A stretch of DNA of 64,000 nucleotides from Octopus vulgaris. Lineage: Eukaryota. The notes under the pieces are model-generated. The model was given only the letters and a program-made list of their open reading frames with translations, was not told the DNA's origin and made no database searches. Positions 1 to 13,417 of this stretch are shown here, in pieces (positions within the stretch are counted from its first letter, which is position 1; each line of letters opens with the position of its first letter). The stretch lies in NCBI GenBank assembly GCA_951406725.2, contig OX597814.1, positions 203,856,001-203,920,000 on the forward strand, given 5' to 3'. The position numbers and the translations under genes were made by a program.

Positions 1-282
1 CAGGTTTTAAGAATTCTGCCAATTCACTTCTGTGTTTCTACATTAGGCATAAAACCTGAAATTTGGGGTGAGGGGGATCAGTTGATTAAATCATCCCCAG
101 TAAATTGACTGGTGCTTTATTTTGACACCCAAAGGATGAAAAGCAAATTTAACCTCACTGAGATTTGAAACCAGAATGTAAAGAATTGGAAGAAATACTG
201 CAAGGCATTTTGTCTGATGCTCTAATGATTCTGCCAGCTAACTGCCCGCTACAAAATGAAAATATGAACCAATACATCTGAT

Positions 283-512
283 TTACATTATTTACAATTG
301 ATGGATATATGTTCTCATCTTCTTTGTTGTTAACACAACGTTTCGGCTGATATACCCTCCAGCCTTCATCAGGTGTCTTGGGGAAATTTCGAACCTGGGT
401 TCTCATTCCTAAGGTATTTTTTAAATATTATTATTATTATTATTATTCAGGTCACTGCCTGAATAATAATATCTGTCTAATGTAAATAATTCCTCATCTC
501 TTAAATATAGAA
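283..512 (-). mobile_element. Short Penelope-derived insertion with 13-bp TSD
   Basis: Direct repeat caatacatctgat at 270-282 and 513-525. Contains a hammerhead motif, and its two ends are partly inverted copies of each other (atatatccatcaattgtaaataat vs aatatctgtctaatgtaaataat). Confidence 0.75.
333..376 (-). ncRNA. Minimal type I hammerhead ribozyme with intact core
   Basis: Minus strand: acac-CTGATGA-a-ggctg-gagggtatat-cagcc-GAAA-cg-TT-gtgt. Stems I and II are complementary; stem III is the palindromic ACGT. Confidence 0.7.
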
Positions 513-2867
513 CAATACATCTGATGTTTCTAACACCCTTCTGGTAATTCACACCTGTTGATAGACGAGAGTTCAATTTCTGACAGCAGGAAATGCTGTG
601 AAAGGTACTCCCCAGACACACTGTAGCCACCCGCATGCACAGCTGTGTGTGTGTGTGTATTTGTATAGATTTACTTTATTTCACCTTTACGAGAAAGATA
701 AATAGTATATATTTACACTAATTTACTTGCTCTATATTAATATCTTCATATGATAATTGAAAATGTCACAAGAGAGACATTTAAACACACACACACACAC
801 ACGTTTAACTATTTCTCTTGTGAATTCTCATTCCTTCAGGTCTGATTCATCTAATCTATTCCATTCTCTAACACCTCACAACACATTTCTCATCAAGTGT
901 TTTCAATCTGTATCTATTTATCTGCTTAAAATGAATTCATTATCTTCCAGTTACAGCTGTGGATTCAAGAAGACTGCTTCATAACCATGTGGTTTTAAGT
1001 TCAGTCTCATTGTGCAGCACCTTGGGTATTTATTATGGTCCTGGGCCAACCCAAGCCCTCAGAGTAAATTTGGTAGGTGGAAACTGTGTGGAAACCTTGT
1101 ATGCATGTGTATACATATCTGTGTTTTCCCCCACACCACTTGACAACCATAGAATAAGTACTAGATTTAAAAACAAAAAAGTACTGAGATTGATGTGTTT
1201 CACTAAACCCTTTGAGGAGGTGCCCCAGCATGGTCGTAGTTCTATAACTGAATAAATAAACTCCAATTACATTTTTGCAGTTTCCTCCAGAGAAGTTAAT
1301 CTATCAGAATATCAGAGATCATTCATTGCATCATAACCATTTCAATTTTCCCCTCTAGTGCTTACCAGCCATGTTCATCTACACAATACTTCAGTTCTTA
1401 TGCCTTTAGTTTGTTTTAGCCATCTTGACTAAGACCATGCTGGAGCATTGCCATCACAGAAATGAATATCTCTATGTCCAGAGACAGTATCTCTTTTGTC
1501 AGCACAAGAAATTGTCTAGACATATCTAAACAATTATAGACGTTGCTGATAAATGTGCCCAAAATAACAATAAACAAACACTGAATCTTGCCATAAATTT
1601 CACTCAGCTATAGTCTTGCAAATATTTTTAGTATAATAGTAACTGTAATTCATGTTTAAATATTCAGTAAGGCTATCAAGAGGTCAAAGCTGTCACAGAC
1701 ATTGTGTTTGACCTTTGTCAAGTCATATTCAACACTAACTGGGGAGTGGGGTGTCTGTTTCAGGTTTCCAAGTTTACTGATCAGTATTCAAACTTCATAA
1801 CCCATCTATCATTAAGAATTCATATAAGAGACATCATCATCATCATCATCATCATCCATTTAACATTCATCTTCTATGCTGGCATGGGATGGACAGATTG
1901 ATTGGGGCTGGCAAGGGGCAACGCCATGGTCTACTGCCTGTATTTGCATGGTTTCTACAGCTGGATGCTCTCCCTAATGCCAACCACTTTACAGAGTGTA
2001 CTGGGTACTTTTTACATGGCACCAGCACCAGTGCTGTTTATGTGGCACCAGCATCAACAGGGTTACCAAGTACCTTGCATGACAAAACCCCCTCAACTGG
2101 GAGGAAGGCTAGTAATGAGGGGTGTGGTTTTGTGTCAGTTGAAAGATTTCTGGTATAGGTGGGATAGATATAGGTGTTTCTTAAGTGGTTGGTGTTAGGA
2201 AGGGCATCTGATCATAGAAACCAAACCAGAAATGAAATGCAAGCAAAATAAGGCCCTTTTGACCCATCTAGGTGAGCAGATGTGCTGACTACAACAGTGG
2301 TAACACATCCGATGTAAAACAATGATGATGATGCTTTCAGACTAGTTCTCTCTCTTCCCATATCTCTCTCTCTTGCTCTCCCCCTCTCTTTATATTTTTT
2401 TTCCCCTTTCTCTTTCTCTCGCATACTGAAGTAGGAAAGAGGATTTATAGGTCAACCCACAGATGAAATGTCAGCTAAATTTCCTGTTAATAATCACTAA
2501 TGAAAATATACACAATTCTGTGTTGACTGGGCTATTATTTTGCAACTGGCAAATTAACATTGAGAGATGCAAATAAAATATAAAATAGTTAGTAAAGGTC
2601 ACAGTTAGTAAAAAAATTCCTCGGAAGGAATCTTGAAACATCTGTTACTCTATATTTTATATTTTGAATTACCTAAAATCAAAATAACAAGATCTTAAGG
2701 AAGAATTCGTAAATGGTCTCAAATACTAAATATCAAAGGGTTTTCTTTTTTTAATTTGATTGAGGCATTGTGAGGAAATCTGGTAGGTGGAAACTTAAAG
2801 AAGCTCACTGTATTCATGTATGTACATACGTATGTATGTACGCATGTATGCATGTATCTATGTACGT

Positions 2868-2978
2868 ATGTATGTACATATGTATTTATGTACGAATGTA
2901 TGTACATATGTATTTATGTACGAATGTATGTACATATGTATTTATGTACGAATGTATGTACATATGTATTTATGTACG
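2868..2978 (+). repeat. 28-bp minisatellite, about 4 copies
   Basis: Unit atgtatgtacatatgtatttatgtacga repeated near-perfectly. Confidence 0.9.
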
Positions 2979-5170
2979 TATGCATTTAATAACAGTTTTA
3001 TTCTGCTACACAGTTTTATGAGCAAAGGACTTGTCCACACTTGTTATTAAATACATGTAACTAATGAAATATGGTGAGTGTTGCATTCTTTTCATTGTTC
3101 CCTGATTCATACTTGAGAGAGAGAGAGAGAGAGACTGTAAATATTTTTAAAAAGAAATAAACTATGCTGAACCAGGCTACAGATGGTGACATCACTGTTT
3201 AATACTCAGTTTACAAATTCTGTCACCATTTGTTGTTGGGCAGCAACTGGTGATATTTATTGCTATTTCCTTGGCTTTGAACTTCCATATTCCACTAGAA
3301 AAAATAAATGTTTAAAAAGAACTGGTGACAGGGAATGTACCTTTTTGGACATAAAAATCTTGTTTCAATTCTCTACTAAGCCATATTAGCATGAAACAAA
3401 AGATACTAATCTAAATAAACACATAAACAATACTGGTTTTATCTCCCGTACACACTAGGTTTCAAAGTTGTATTTCAATGTAAGATTTACAAATTTACAG
3501 TTGATGATCGTCTTAAAAATTTTATCATACCACTTAATATCCAAAATATGAAATTCACAATATAATCCCTTCAAGCGCTGTACCTACAGGCTTTGGTCAA
3601 TTCATTGCTAAAGACTGAAGGTTTGTCGAGAAAATGTAGCAGCAGTTTTCCTGTTGCCTTCTATCTGTTTATTTAAGCAGGGGGACTAGTTCCTGTAACA
3701 CCAGGACATGTCCACCTGTGTAGCATATGTAAAGTGGCCAGCCCTCTCCTGAATCCTGCAAGCCATAACATAATAACTGCTATTTGACTCAAAACTGGAG
3801 CCCTTGGAAGGTATTACTACTTCAGACCAGAGTAGTCATGACTAAGGAATAACTCTAAACTTCTCCAAACTCCTGAACTTTGAAGTTGGTGCCTCATTAT
3901 TGGATCCAATTATGCCTTGCCCAAACAACACACAATATCATAACTTTCTTAAATTCACTAATCATTTAAAACCAATAATAATTTTAATAAGACTGACCTT
4001 ACAATAGTTTTCTATAAATACAAGAGCTGTAAAGTAGCTTAAAGTATGATAAAGCTTTCACACAACAGAGAAAATGCAACTTTTGAAAAGTGTCATGTCA
4101 ATTTGAACAGATGAATTTTGTCACTAAAATTTACCAAGTGTGTACTAATAGTTGACAGCATTCATTAAGTGTACTCTAATAGTTTTGCAATGTACAGAAA
4201 TACTTTACAGTGTACATTAATAAGTGTTCATTAGTAGTTTACAGTGTATATTCCATAAGTGTACAATAGTTTACATTTTTTCTTTCTTTTTATTTTTAAT
4301 GACTGTTCTAGTGATAAGAAAACTGAAATTCAAATATCAAAGATCAATTAGTATTTAATATCTGAGAGAAATTTATACAAAACATATAATTGGCTTTAAT
4401 ATCCAATGATCAATAAAGATTGTCTTTTCAAAATAGATAATTTCAATGAACCTGTAAAACTATTATTTATACATTCAATAATATAGCAACTCAGTACAAT
4501 GGAGGTAACAATTCAGTGATATATCTTCTGCAACAAAGACTATATAACCTCTCATAGTATTGTTTTCTTTAAGATATTACATTAACCTGCAATAGCATAG
4601 AGTACAGTCTTCTCACGAACACAAGATTCTATAAATAGCGTGGCTTGATCAAATAAAACTCTTCAACATCTCCAGAAATCTATTCCTGACTGATTAGATA
4701 AAAAAGCAAAATACGATAGCAGGAGTTTTTCTAAATTGTTTAGCAACCTAACTTTATATGTTTGAAACCATAATTTAATACTTGACTAATTTAATAAATC
4801 TTTTCTGGAGTACATTATTCAATCTTTGCCAGTATTGCTTACTATCAGCCAATTCTTATAACTAGAGCAAGCAATATCCAACTAGAACTTCCAGTGAAGA
4901 TTACTTTCTTGACTTCAAATTTTTTTTCCCCATATTGTTCGTTACCATCACCATCATACATTAGAGAATGTGTGGAATTGTGATTTTGTGTTCTAGAGGT
5001 TCGAACTTTCATTTTTAAGCAGAGATTATTCTTATTGAGACAAAAGTCATTAAAGGCTGTTTGGAAACACCCTTTTTTTTTTTGTTACTTTTGTTAAATT
5101 TGTGTGTGTGTAGATTTATCAGTATCTTGATGTTACATGACTGTGAGGTTAATGAGTGGGAGCTTCATAC

Positions 5171-5340
5171 TTGACTTGACTTGAGACAGCATTCACCCAG
5201 GGTTGGTTGAGCTGGCTTCATTCATCCTCAATGCTGCATCTCTCACAAACGCCGACCAGGCCTGGCGATTTGAGGCTAACGACTACATGATCTCCAACCA
5301 CTTCTTATTCCAGTGGCAAACACTGTAGATATGGGGGCCT
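5171..5340 (-). mobile_element. 5'-truncated RTE-clade LINE 3' end with TSD
   Basis: TSD agcttcatac at 5161-5170 and 5341-5350. Minus strand encodes GPHIYSVCHWNKKWLEIM*SLASNRQAWSAFVRDAALRMNEASSTNPG*, followed by a (TCAAG)n tail. Confidence 0.8.
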
Positions 5341-5417
5341 AGCTTCATACAAGTGATGTCTTTTATTTCCTATCTTCCATGTCCAGCTATGGGGAATACA
5401 AGTACTATCTTCCTTAA

Positions 5418-5625
5418 CCCTTTAGCGTTTAATCTGGCCATATCCGGCCCAAATATTCTACCTGTTTTATGTTCAAACCAGTAAAATCTAACCTTACAGT
5501 GTCATTCTAAAATATATGCAATCACATCATCGAAATTTTGAAGCTATGAGATAATGCTTCATTAATTCAAAAAAATGTGAATAAATAAGCATTACATTTG
5601 ACAGGGTAAACTGAATGCTAAAGGG
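5418..5625. mobile_element. piggyBac-like MITE family A
   Basis: TTAA TSD at 5414-5417 and 5626-5629; TIRs ccctttagcgttt / gaatgctaaaggg; homologous copies at 34681 and 40192. Confidence 0.85.
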
Positions 5626-5804
5626 TTAAAGACAAGTGAGGGTTGGTGATAAAAAGGGGATCAGTCATAGACAATCTGCTTCAACATATTCTGTCTGACA
5701 CATGCAGGCACAAAAAAGTGAATGTTATTACAATAATGATTATAATGATGACGATGCTAAGGAATGAAAGGTAAACGAAGGAAAAATAAAAATGCTTCAC
5801 ATAC

Positions 5805-6008
5805 CAAGCTGGCACCAATTTTAATTAGATTGTTCATTTGAATCCGTAGTTGATCACAAAGATCAAGTATGCGTTCTCGGTTCTCATGGGAAGTGTAGGC
5901 AGAGTCAGTGAAATCCTGGCTACTTTCAATTATTAAGTCTAAGGCACTGTTGAGTTTCTCCTGAGTACTCGGACCTACCATTGTTATCCGAGTTAGTTCA
6001 CATAAATC
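5805..6008 (-). CDS. CTNNAL1: Alpha-catulin internal exon (last in window), 204 nt, phase 0/0
   Basis: DLCELTRITMVGPSTQEKLNSALDLIIESSQDFTDSAYTSHENRERILDLCDQLRIQMNNLIKIGASL; DFTDSAYTSHE.RERIL is characteristic of alpha-catulin. Polypyrimidine tract plus tatcag acceptor, donor gtatgt. Confidence 0.95.
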
Positions 6009-8759
6009 CTGATAGGAAAAAAAGAAAAATGATGTTCAAAAATAAATTAATAAAAAAAAAACACTTCCATGCATACTGATTTTTTTTCTTTTTTTTTAAA
6101 TAGCATCAAAGAGAAACAATTATAGTTGCAAGAGACCTGAAAGCACTTTGCAATCAATGTTAAAGGGGACACACCACCACAATACAAGGAAGCTCTCTTA
6201 GGTGCCAACCACACATTTCTGTTACAAAAACCAATACATATTTTATCGATTAACAAAGATGAAAGTCAACATCAATAAAGATAAAAGGTTGAGACAATAC
6301 AGTCACACATTTTTCACTTGATTTCTTTGCTGCCTTTCTCCGGTCATCAAAATAAAATCCAATATTTTAATAAAATATCAGGATTACAATATTATTGATC
6401 ACTTAGATTATCAATAATTCCTGAAAAGAATGGTTTTTACTGCATAATTCCTCCAGATGTTGGACATTGATTCTAGTTTGGAAGTCAAAATACAGTTTCC
6501 TCTTTATCCCTAAACACAACTTCCATTTTATAATTGGAAAATAAAAACTGCCAGATTTTTGACATTATTTCCTTCATCATCATCATCACCATCATCAATT
6601 AATGTCCATGTACCATTCTGGCATGGACTGGATGGTTTGACAGGATCTGGTGAGTCCAAGGACCATTTTGGCATAGCTTCTACAGCTAGAGGCCCTTCTA
6701 ACACCAAATACTTTACAGAGTGTACTGGGTGTTTTTCTAGCAAGATCATGAACCCCAAGGACATGGCTTTATACAAGGAGATGAGGGGTTAAAGTATGAG
6801 AGAAGGGGCCAAAGTAGAATAGATTTCTCTAAAAGAGGTAATTTGACTATTCACATTTTAGAAGAGAAGATGGGAGTGATAAGGTGGAGATGTGGAGAGA
6901 CAAAAATAGTGATGACGAGGTGTCTGGATGAGTAGAGGTGAGTGGGAACAGAGGAACCAGGTGTGATGGTGCTCAAATTTCTAAGCCAATGTTCTACACC
7001 AACTTTAGCTTTGTTAAACATTTACATTTATTCCATTTTGTGATTGTCTTGGCTTGACTTTATCCTGGTAGTTGGTGTTTGACTCCAGAAGTAGCCCTAA
7101 CTTACTTTTCTCTCCCACATCTATACTAACCACTATATCTAGCCCCCAACCCCCGAATCATCATCCTTCTGGAACCTTCTCCCTGTTCATGTCTTCCAAG
7201 TAGGTGAATCAACCTCACTGATACTGGGAGATCTACAAAGGCCATGGTCACTGCCCCTTCTTCCAGACTAAGAAAATATAAAAGGCAAAAAAAAAAACAT
7301 GACTAATCCTCAACTATTTCCAGGCAATACATCCACAACTACACTACCTCATATGCTCTTCCATGTTTATTCTTTAAGGTGTGGTTTGTGTCTAATTTTG
7401 ATCTGTTTCTGTTAGAAAAACCATACAAGGGTTCCTCAAGGGATCATTCTACATTGGTTGTTTCTCCAGTTCAGTTTGACTCCAAACTTCAAAGTAAACT
7501 TTCTTAGTTCACACAACCCAGTTCAGTAATTAAGACAGGCATTACCACTTCTAGGTTCTGTGAAAGGTACGATATGTAAATAAGAATAGGATGTTGTGTG
7601 AACATTCTGTGAGGGAGCTCTGATGATGTTGCTTAACCTCAGGTTTATCCTAATCCAACAGCTCTTTGATCAAAGACATTTCATTCATGACTGTTCTGTG
7701 TTTTTAATAGTATATTGTACTACACCACCCATTATACCTTTCCTACTCCCACTCACTAGAGAGTATGGTGTGATTTGAAGAAGATTTGGTTGCTATTTCA
7801 AGCAGGATAAGCAACTATGTAAAAGCTCCATTAACCTTTTTGTTATCATATATCTATATTGAAAAACCTTTCTATCAATTAACTTTGAAAATAAAGAATT
7901 TATTAAAATAACTTTATCATTTTAAGCTGGTGTCTGAAATATAAACTACACAAAATTTAGAAGACTTTAATTTAGATGACTTTAAAACAGGGAATTTGTA
8001 CCACCGAACCAAAATTAGTTTCAGGTAGGTTGATATCAAGAGAATTTATTTTTGTAGATAAATATAAAAATCTAGTTTCCTCATAGATTATTGACCAACA
8101 CTCATTTTGTTTTGTTGTTCTGTTTGAATAATTAATTTGATGAATGTGTAATAGCAGAGAGCAGTGCCTGGAGATTTACTGATGTCAAATGTATTTAAGA
8201 TGATGTGTGACAGTGGATTTCCCTCTTAATTAATGCTGAAGCTATGAAATACTCGTTCAGATGGGATTAAAGTTCAATGCAATAATTAAATAGGGGTTAC
8301 AGAAGTATTATATGGTGGTATGGCAGTAAAAAATAATCAGGAGATTATGTAGATGATGAGTCTTAAGGTGAAAAATGAGGAAAAATTGAATGGAGGCAGG
8401 GCCGAAAATATTCAAGAATGATCTATCTCTCATTTTGTACTTGTTTCAGTCAATGGACTAGACATATTTCTTTCAAGTCTGGTAATTATTTTATTGGTCT
8501 CTTTTACCAAACTACAAAGTTACAGGGATGTAAACAAAGAAATACTGGTTGTCAAGTAGTGAGGTCACACACACACATACCTGATAGGTTTTCACATAGT
8601 TTCCATGTACCAAATTCACTCATAAGGCATTGGTTGGACTAAGGCTATAGTAGAAAACATTTGCTCAATGTGCCAACCAGCTAGATTGAAACTGAAACCC
8701 CATGGGTACAAAGCAAGCCTGTACCTATGTTATGTATATTCCTGAGATGAGAATGGTTA

Positions 8760-9150
8760 GGCGCAGGAGTGGCTGTGTAGGTGCAGGTGTGGCTGTGTGG
8801 TAAGTAACTTGCTTACCAACCACATGGTTCCAGGTTCAGTCCCACTGTGTGGCACCTTGGGCAAGTGTCTTCTACTATAGCCTTGGGCCGACCAAAGCCT
8901 TGTGAATGGATTTGGTAGACAGAAACTGAAAGAAGCCTGTCGTGTGTGTGTGTGTGTGTGTGTGTCCCCCTAACATCGCTTGACAACTCCGATGCTAGTG
9001 TGTTTATGTCCCTGTAACTTAGCAGTTCGGCAAAAGAAACCGATAGAATAAGTACTAGGTTTACAAAGAATAAGTCCAGGGGTTGTTTGTTTGACTAAAG
9101 GTAGTGCTCTAGCATGGCCACAGTCAAATGACTGAAACAAGTAAAAGAAT
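8760..9150 (+). mobile_element. tRNA-derived SINE family A, full length
   Basis: A-box-like tggctgtgtgg, B-box-like ggttcagtccc, body gcaccttgggcaagtgtcttctactatagcc, central (TG)n, 3' end gactgaaacaagtaaaaga. The first ~20 nt of the head are duplicated. Confidence 0.9.
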
Positions 9151-11459
9151 AACTGAAATGCATTAAGGTGAAGACCAGAACAGTCATTAATAATACACCC
9201 TTTTGTTTTATAATAATAAAAGTGTAATATATATTTTTAATTATTATAAATGAGTATTTATACATTCTTTTTGTTTTGAATTAAAAAATGAAAAGCCATG
9301 CCTCCATCCTAGGGATAGTCTTCACAAGTGGGAGTGGGGGCAGTGGAAATTTCATATGTAATTTAGGGTTCATCATCATCATCATCATCATCGTCGTTTA
9401 GCGTCCGTTTTCCATGCTAGCATGGGTTGGACGCATGGGTTGTTAATTATTAAACTTTAAAAGTGTTCAAGATACAAATAACTTAAGATTGGTTTCAGCT
9501 ATTATCAATCCAGGCTATGATTAACTTAATACACCACCTAGAGAGGCCTTTTAAGTCATGTATTGGGGCACTATGGACTACTCAAGCAAAGAGCTGTCAT
9601 GCTCAAGACCTATTCAGATGTTGATAATTTGTCTGGTATTTCTTAGAAGAATTTGTCCAGGTATGTCTGAATGTTATGGAGTCTTTTCCTATTTTAATTT
9701 CCTTCAGGATAATATTGAATAAAGCAGGACCATTTGAGGTTTTAAAAAAAGTTGTGTCACAATATACATGGCACAGGGCTCAGCCCTGGGTGACGCAGAA
9801 ACTTCATACCAACATCATTTGGACAATACTGAAGGAATATTTTCTACAGTGAACAAATAATATAGTGCTCATGATGGTGCTGAGAACTGAGTTTCAGCTT
9901 TTTGAGGCAAGCCAAATAATTGAGGCCTGTCGTGCCATTCATCCCCCCCCCACACCTATGATTGATCTCTGCAGTGCTTCAATCTTAATATCTTGTTTAG
10001 TGGAAGGGGACAGCAATGGACAGCAATATTCAAGGTGAGACCTTCCAAACATGGAGGAGAGAAGGATAATGGTCTCGGGATCTCTTGACTGAAAAGTTCA
10101 GAGAAGCAGAAATTCTGTTCCAGTGTTTAAAAAATAAATGACTTCTCTTGTTAGTATAAGATCATACATTTATGGGGCCAGTATACGACTGATACTTATT
10201 GACCCTAGAGCAATATAATATACAGGTTGACTCTGTTGGAATTTGAACATATAAAGGAAGCAAATAGTTGTTCAATTACTATATCAACTAACACACCACC
10301 CTTGCAGTTTTCCAGTAACAATAGCAGAAAATAATCCAGATTCTGTTTTTGTGAATTTAAAACTGCAAAAGACAGTCACATCCTCCCCCATCCCACTGGG
10401 TTTATCATGCAGTTCTATACTGTAATAGAAACGACACTTATCAATAAGGAAACCGCAACAGATTAATATACAAATATGATAAGGAAATGTTCTGCATTTC
10501 CATCTCTAGCCACCACTATAAAATAGCAAGATGTATAAAATGTAACATTAGAAAATATCTAAGCATAAAATGGAGTTAGATACAAGACAAGGAGACAGAC
10601 AATATCTTCATATCAAGCTTTGTAAAAGCAGCTGAAACTGAAATGGTTGGATAGCCATTCTAGTATTTCTTGCTTTATCAATAGTATATCACCACTAAAG
10701 AAATTTATTTCGCTTAGCAGAAGCAAAATCTAGAACTACACCAAAAAATTTCCGCAAGAATGATCAACATATGGATTACAAACAATAATGATAATAATAA
10801 ATGTTGATGATGATGATGATTTAGATATTTTTAAAAATATATGATAATTCCTCTAAATACAAATAGTAAAAATACTATGAAAATGTGGTGGTGGTGGTGG
10901 TGGTGGTGGTGGGGAAGTAAGTGTTTATAAAGAAAACTGAAGTGCTGTGATAATGTGACAAAACATGAGTGAGAAAACAAAATAGTTCAAAAGGAACTGT
11001 GATGATGATGATGATGGTAGTGATGGTGGTGGGTGTATTTCTTTTGGTGATTCTTTTTGTCACATGGTAGTCAGTAAGAAAGTATAAAGTCAATTCAATC
11101 TTTCTATTAAGCTTAAATAAATAACTGCTAAGCAGCTGTTAGCTATCTGAATATTTATAAAACAAGATGGCACGGTTTAACAAAACAGCAACCCAGAGGA
11201 TTGTCCTGTTCAAAAACTAGAACAGCAGAGTTTCGTAATTAATTATCAACGACAAAAGGGGATTACTTATCACATTGTAAATTGCTGGTATATATTTGAT
11301 TAATCTAAGAATTCATTAACTGGAAGGAATGCTGTTAAGAAAGAACAAAGTCTGAAACATGAAGTAAATGTCATACTTCTCTATAGACTGTAATAAATAA
11401 CAGTAGTGTGTGTGTGTGTGTGTGTGTGTGTGGTCACAAAGCTTACTTTTCAACCACAT

Positions 11460-11885
11460 GGTGTGATCGTTACCAGTGTAGCCTTACTAGCATTCGAGCT
11501 CCGTGCTAGTAGGGTATTAAGAGCACCATCCAAGCATGATCATTGCCAGAGCAGCTATCTGGCCTCCGTGCCGGTGGCACATAAAAGACACCATTTGAGT
11601 GTGATCGTTACCAGCATCACCTTACTGGCACCTGTGCCAGTGACATGTGTAAAAGATTCAAGCAAGGTTGTTGCCAGTACTGCCCGACCAGCCCCGTGCC
11701 TGTGGCATGTAAAAGCATCCACTACACTCTCGGAGTGGTTGGCGTTAGGAAGGGCATCCAGCTGTAGAAACTCTGCCAGATCAAGATTGAAGCCTGGCGC
11801 AGCCATCTGGTTCACCAGCCCTCAGTCAAATCGTCCAACCCATGCTAGCATGAAAAGCAGACGTTAAACAATGATGATGATGATG
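11460..11885 (+). mobile_element. SINE family C with internal tandem subunits
   Basis: Repeated gttaccag/gttgccag...gtgcc.gtggcac.taaaag units, then the family C core and (GAT)n tail. Other family C copies at about 1832-2060(-), 2180-2332(+), 6575-6740(-), 14925-15090(-), 16290-16460(+), 24055-24220(-), 29230-29410(-), 33337-33605(-) and 36840-37035(-). Confidence 0.85.
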
Positions 11886-13417
11886 GTGGTGGTAGTTTGG
11901 GGTTTGGTCTCACTGTAAGTGACTTGTACTGAATGGAACTGGTAGTTGAAAATTGTATGGAGACTGTTTGTGTAAACCTAATTGGTGCATGTGTGCATGA
12001 ATGTGAAAATACTGATTCTGCAAGTTTTATTAACATGGTATGACCAAAAACAACATCATTTATGTTCTCCAGTAAACAAAAATCCCATTGTTCAGTGGCT
12101 GTGCTGCTTTTGACATGAGGGGACCAGAGTGGAATTATAATCTTGTATGTGGGAAACAAGTAAGAATTAATGAGAGGAAGATGAGCCAGCAATAGAAAAA
12201 AAAAACTGTCCCAGTAAGTCTCGTCTAACCAAGGCCAACATAGAAAAACACAAATGAAAATGACAACAATTGTGATTATGATGATTAATGATGCTTACAA
12301 TCAATGACATTGCCACAGATTGATGACACTAACAAAGATTGATGATGAGGTTGAATGAAAGTGACAATGATGATTGATAACAATGACAAGAAATGATTGA
12401 TAATGCTTGATGATGTCTAAAATTTGTTCTGCTAGAAAGTGTAACATCTTGGACACACAGTTGGTAGGTAACAATTCAGAAGGAGCAGGATAAGGTAAAC
12501 ATTTTACTTTAATGATGCAGTAAATTATTCTCATATAGAATACAGTGGACACACATTACTTAGAGACATATAACGTACTTTGAAATACCTATTTCTTTAC
12601 TACCCACAAGGGGCTAAACACAGAGGGGACAAACAAGGACAGACAAACGGATTAAGTCGTTTACTTATTTAATCGACCCCAAAAGAATTTGAACTCAGAA
12701 CATAGCGGCAGATGAAATACCGCTAAGCATTTCGCCCGACGTGCTAATGTTTCTGCCAGCTCACCAGCACCAAACTTAATCCGATTTATGGATAAACAAA
12801 CACACACTTCAGTTAGAAAGAAAGGTTTTGAATAAATTTTATCATCAATTGATTACAAATCATAGACATATATATAATAATAAAAATAATATAAATAAAT
12901 ATATATATATATATATATATGCATACATATATGTACATACACATATATATATATATGCATATGTGGGCACAGGACGTCACGAAACGTGTACAACAACAAA
13001 ATATGAAGCACGAGTACATGGAACATGAACTATTCTTTTGAACAACGAAAGACACAAATGGAAAACAAAACAAACAACATAAAGAACGACCCTTCATCAG
13101 TTGTTGGCTGTTTTTCTAGTCTTGTATTTCAAGCTATGTATATATTGCAGTAAAATATTGAAACTGAAGAGTCAATCTCACACATTGGTGTGAAAAATAA
13201 ACATTTAAGAAATTCAATCATGTCTAGATCATGGAGTGGGAGGAGAATCCACCATCATAATGTATTTTGGTTATATTTTTTAGTGTCTAAGAAAATATCA
13301 ATATCAATGGTTTACTATTGAAGTAATTGATTCTTCTTGATAGGGAAAACTTTTCTGATAACTTATCACAAAACAATCTATTCACAAAATTATGCATAGT
13401 GTATCTATTCAAAATAT

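Noticed and set aside
4136-4275. Degenerate agtgtac/aatagttt short repeats
   Set aside because: Irregular low-complexity tandem decay without constant period or structure.
1-5800. Search for the next downstream alpha-catulin exon
   Set aside because: No catulin-like peptide with splice sites found; it probably lies beyond the window, though a divergent short exon could have been missed.
8760-8850. tRNA-like sequences with A and B boxes
   Set aside because: These are SINE heads, always attached to SINE bodies, with no complete cloverleaf or terminator.
11460-11730. CRISPR-like repeat/spacer appearance
   Set aside because: Units are diverged SINE-internal tandem repeats with no unique spacers and no cas genes, in a eukaryotic intron.
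12960-13140. CTGATGA on the minus strand in a PLE-like fragment beside (TA)n
   Set aside because: No correctly placed GAAA or closing stems could be built, so it is not called a hammerhead.
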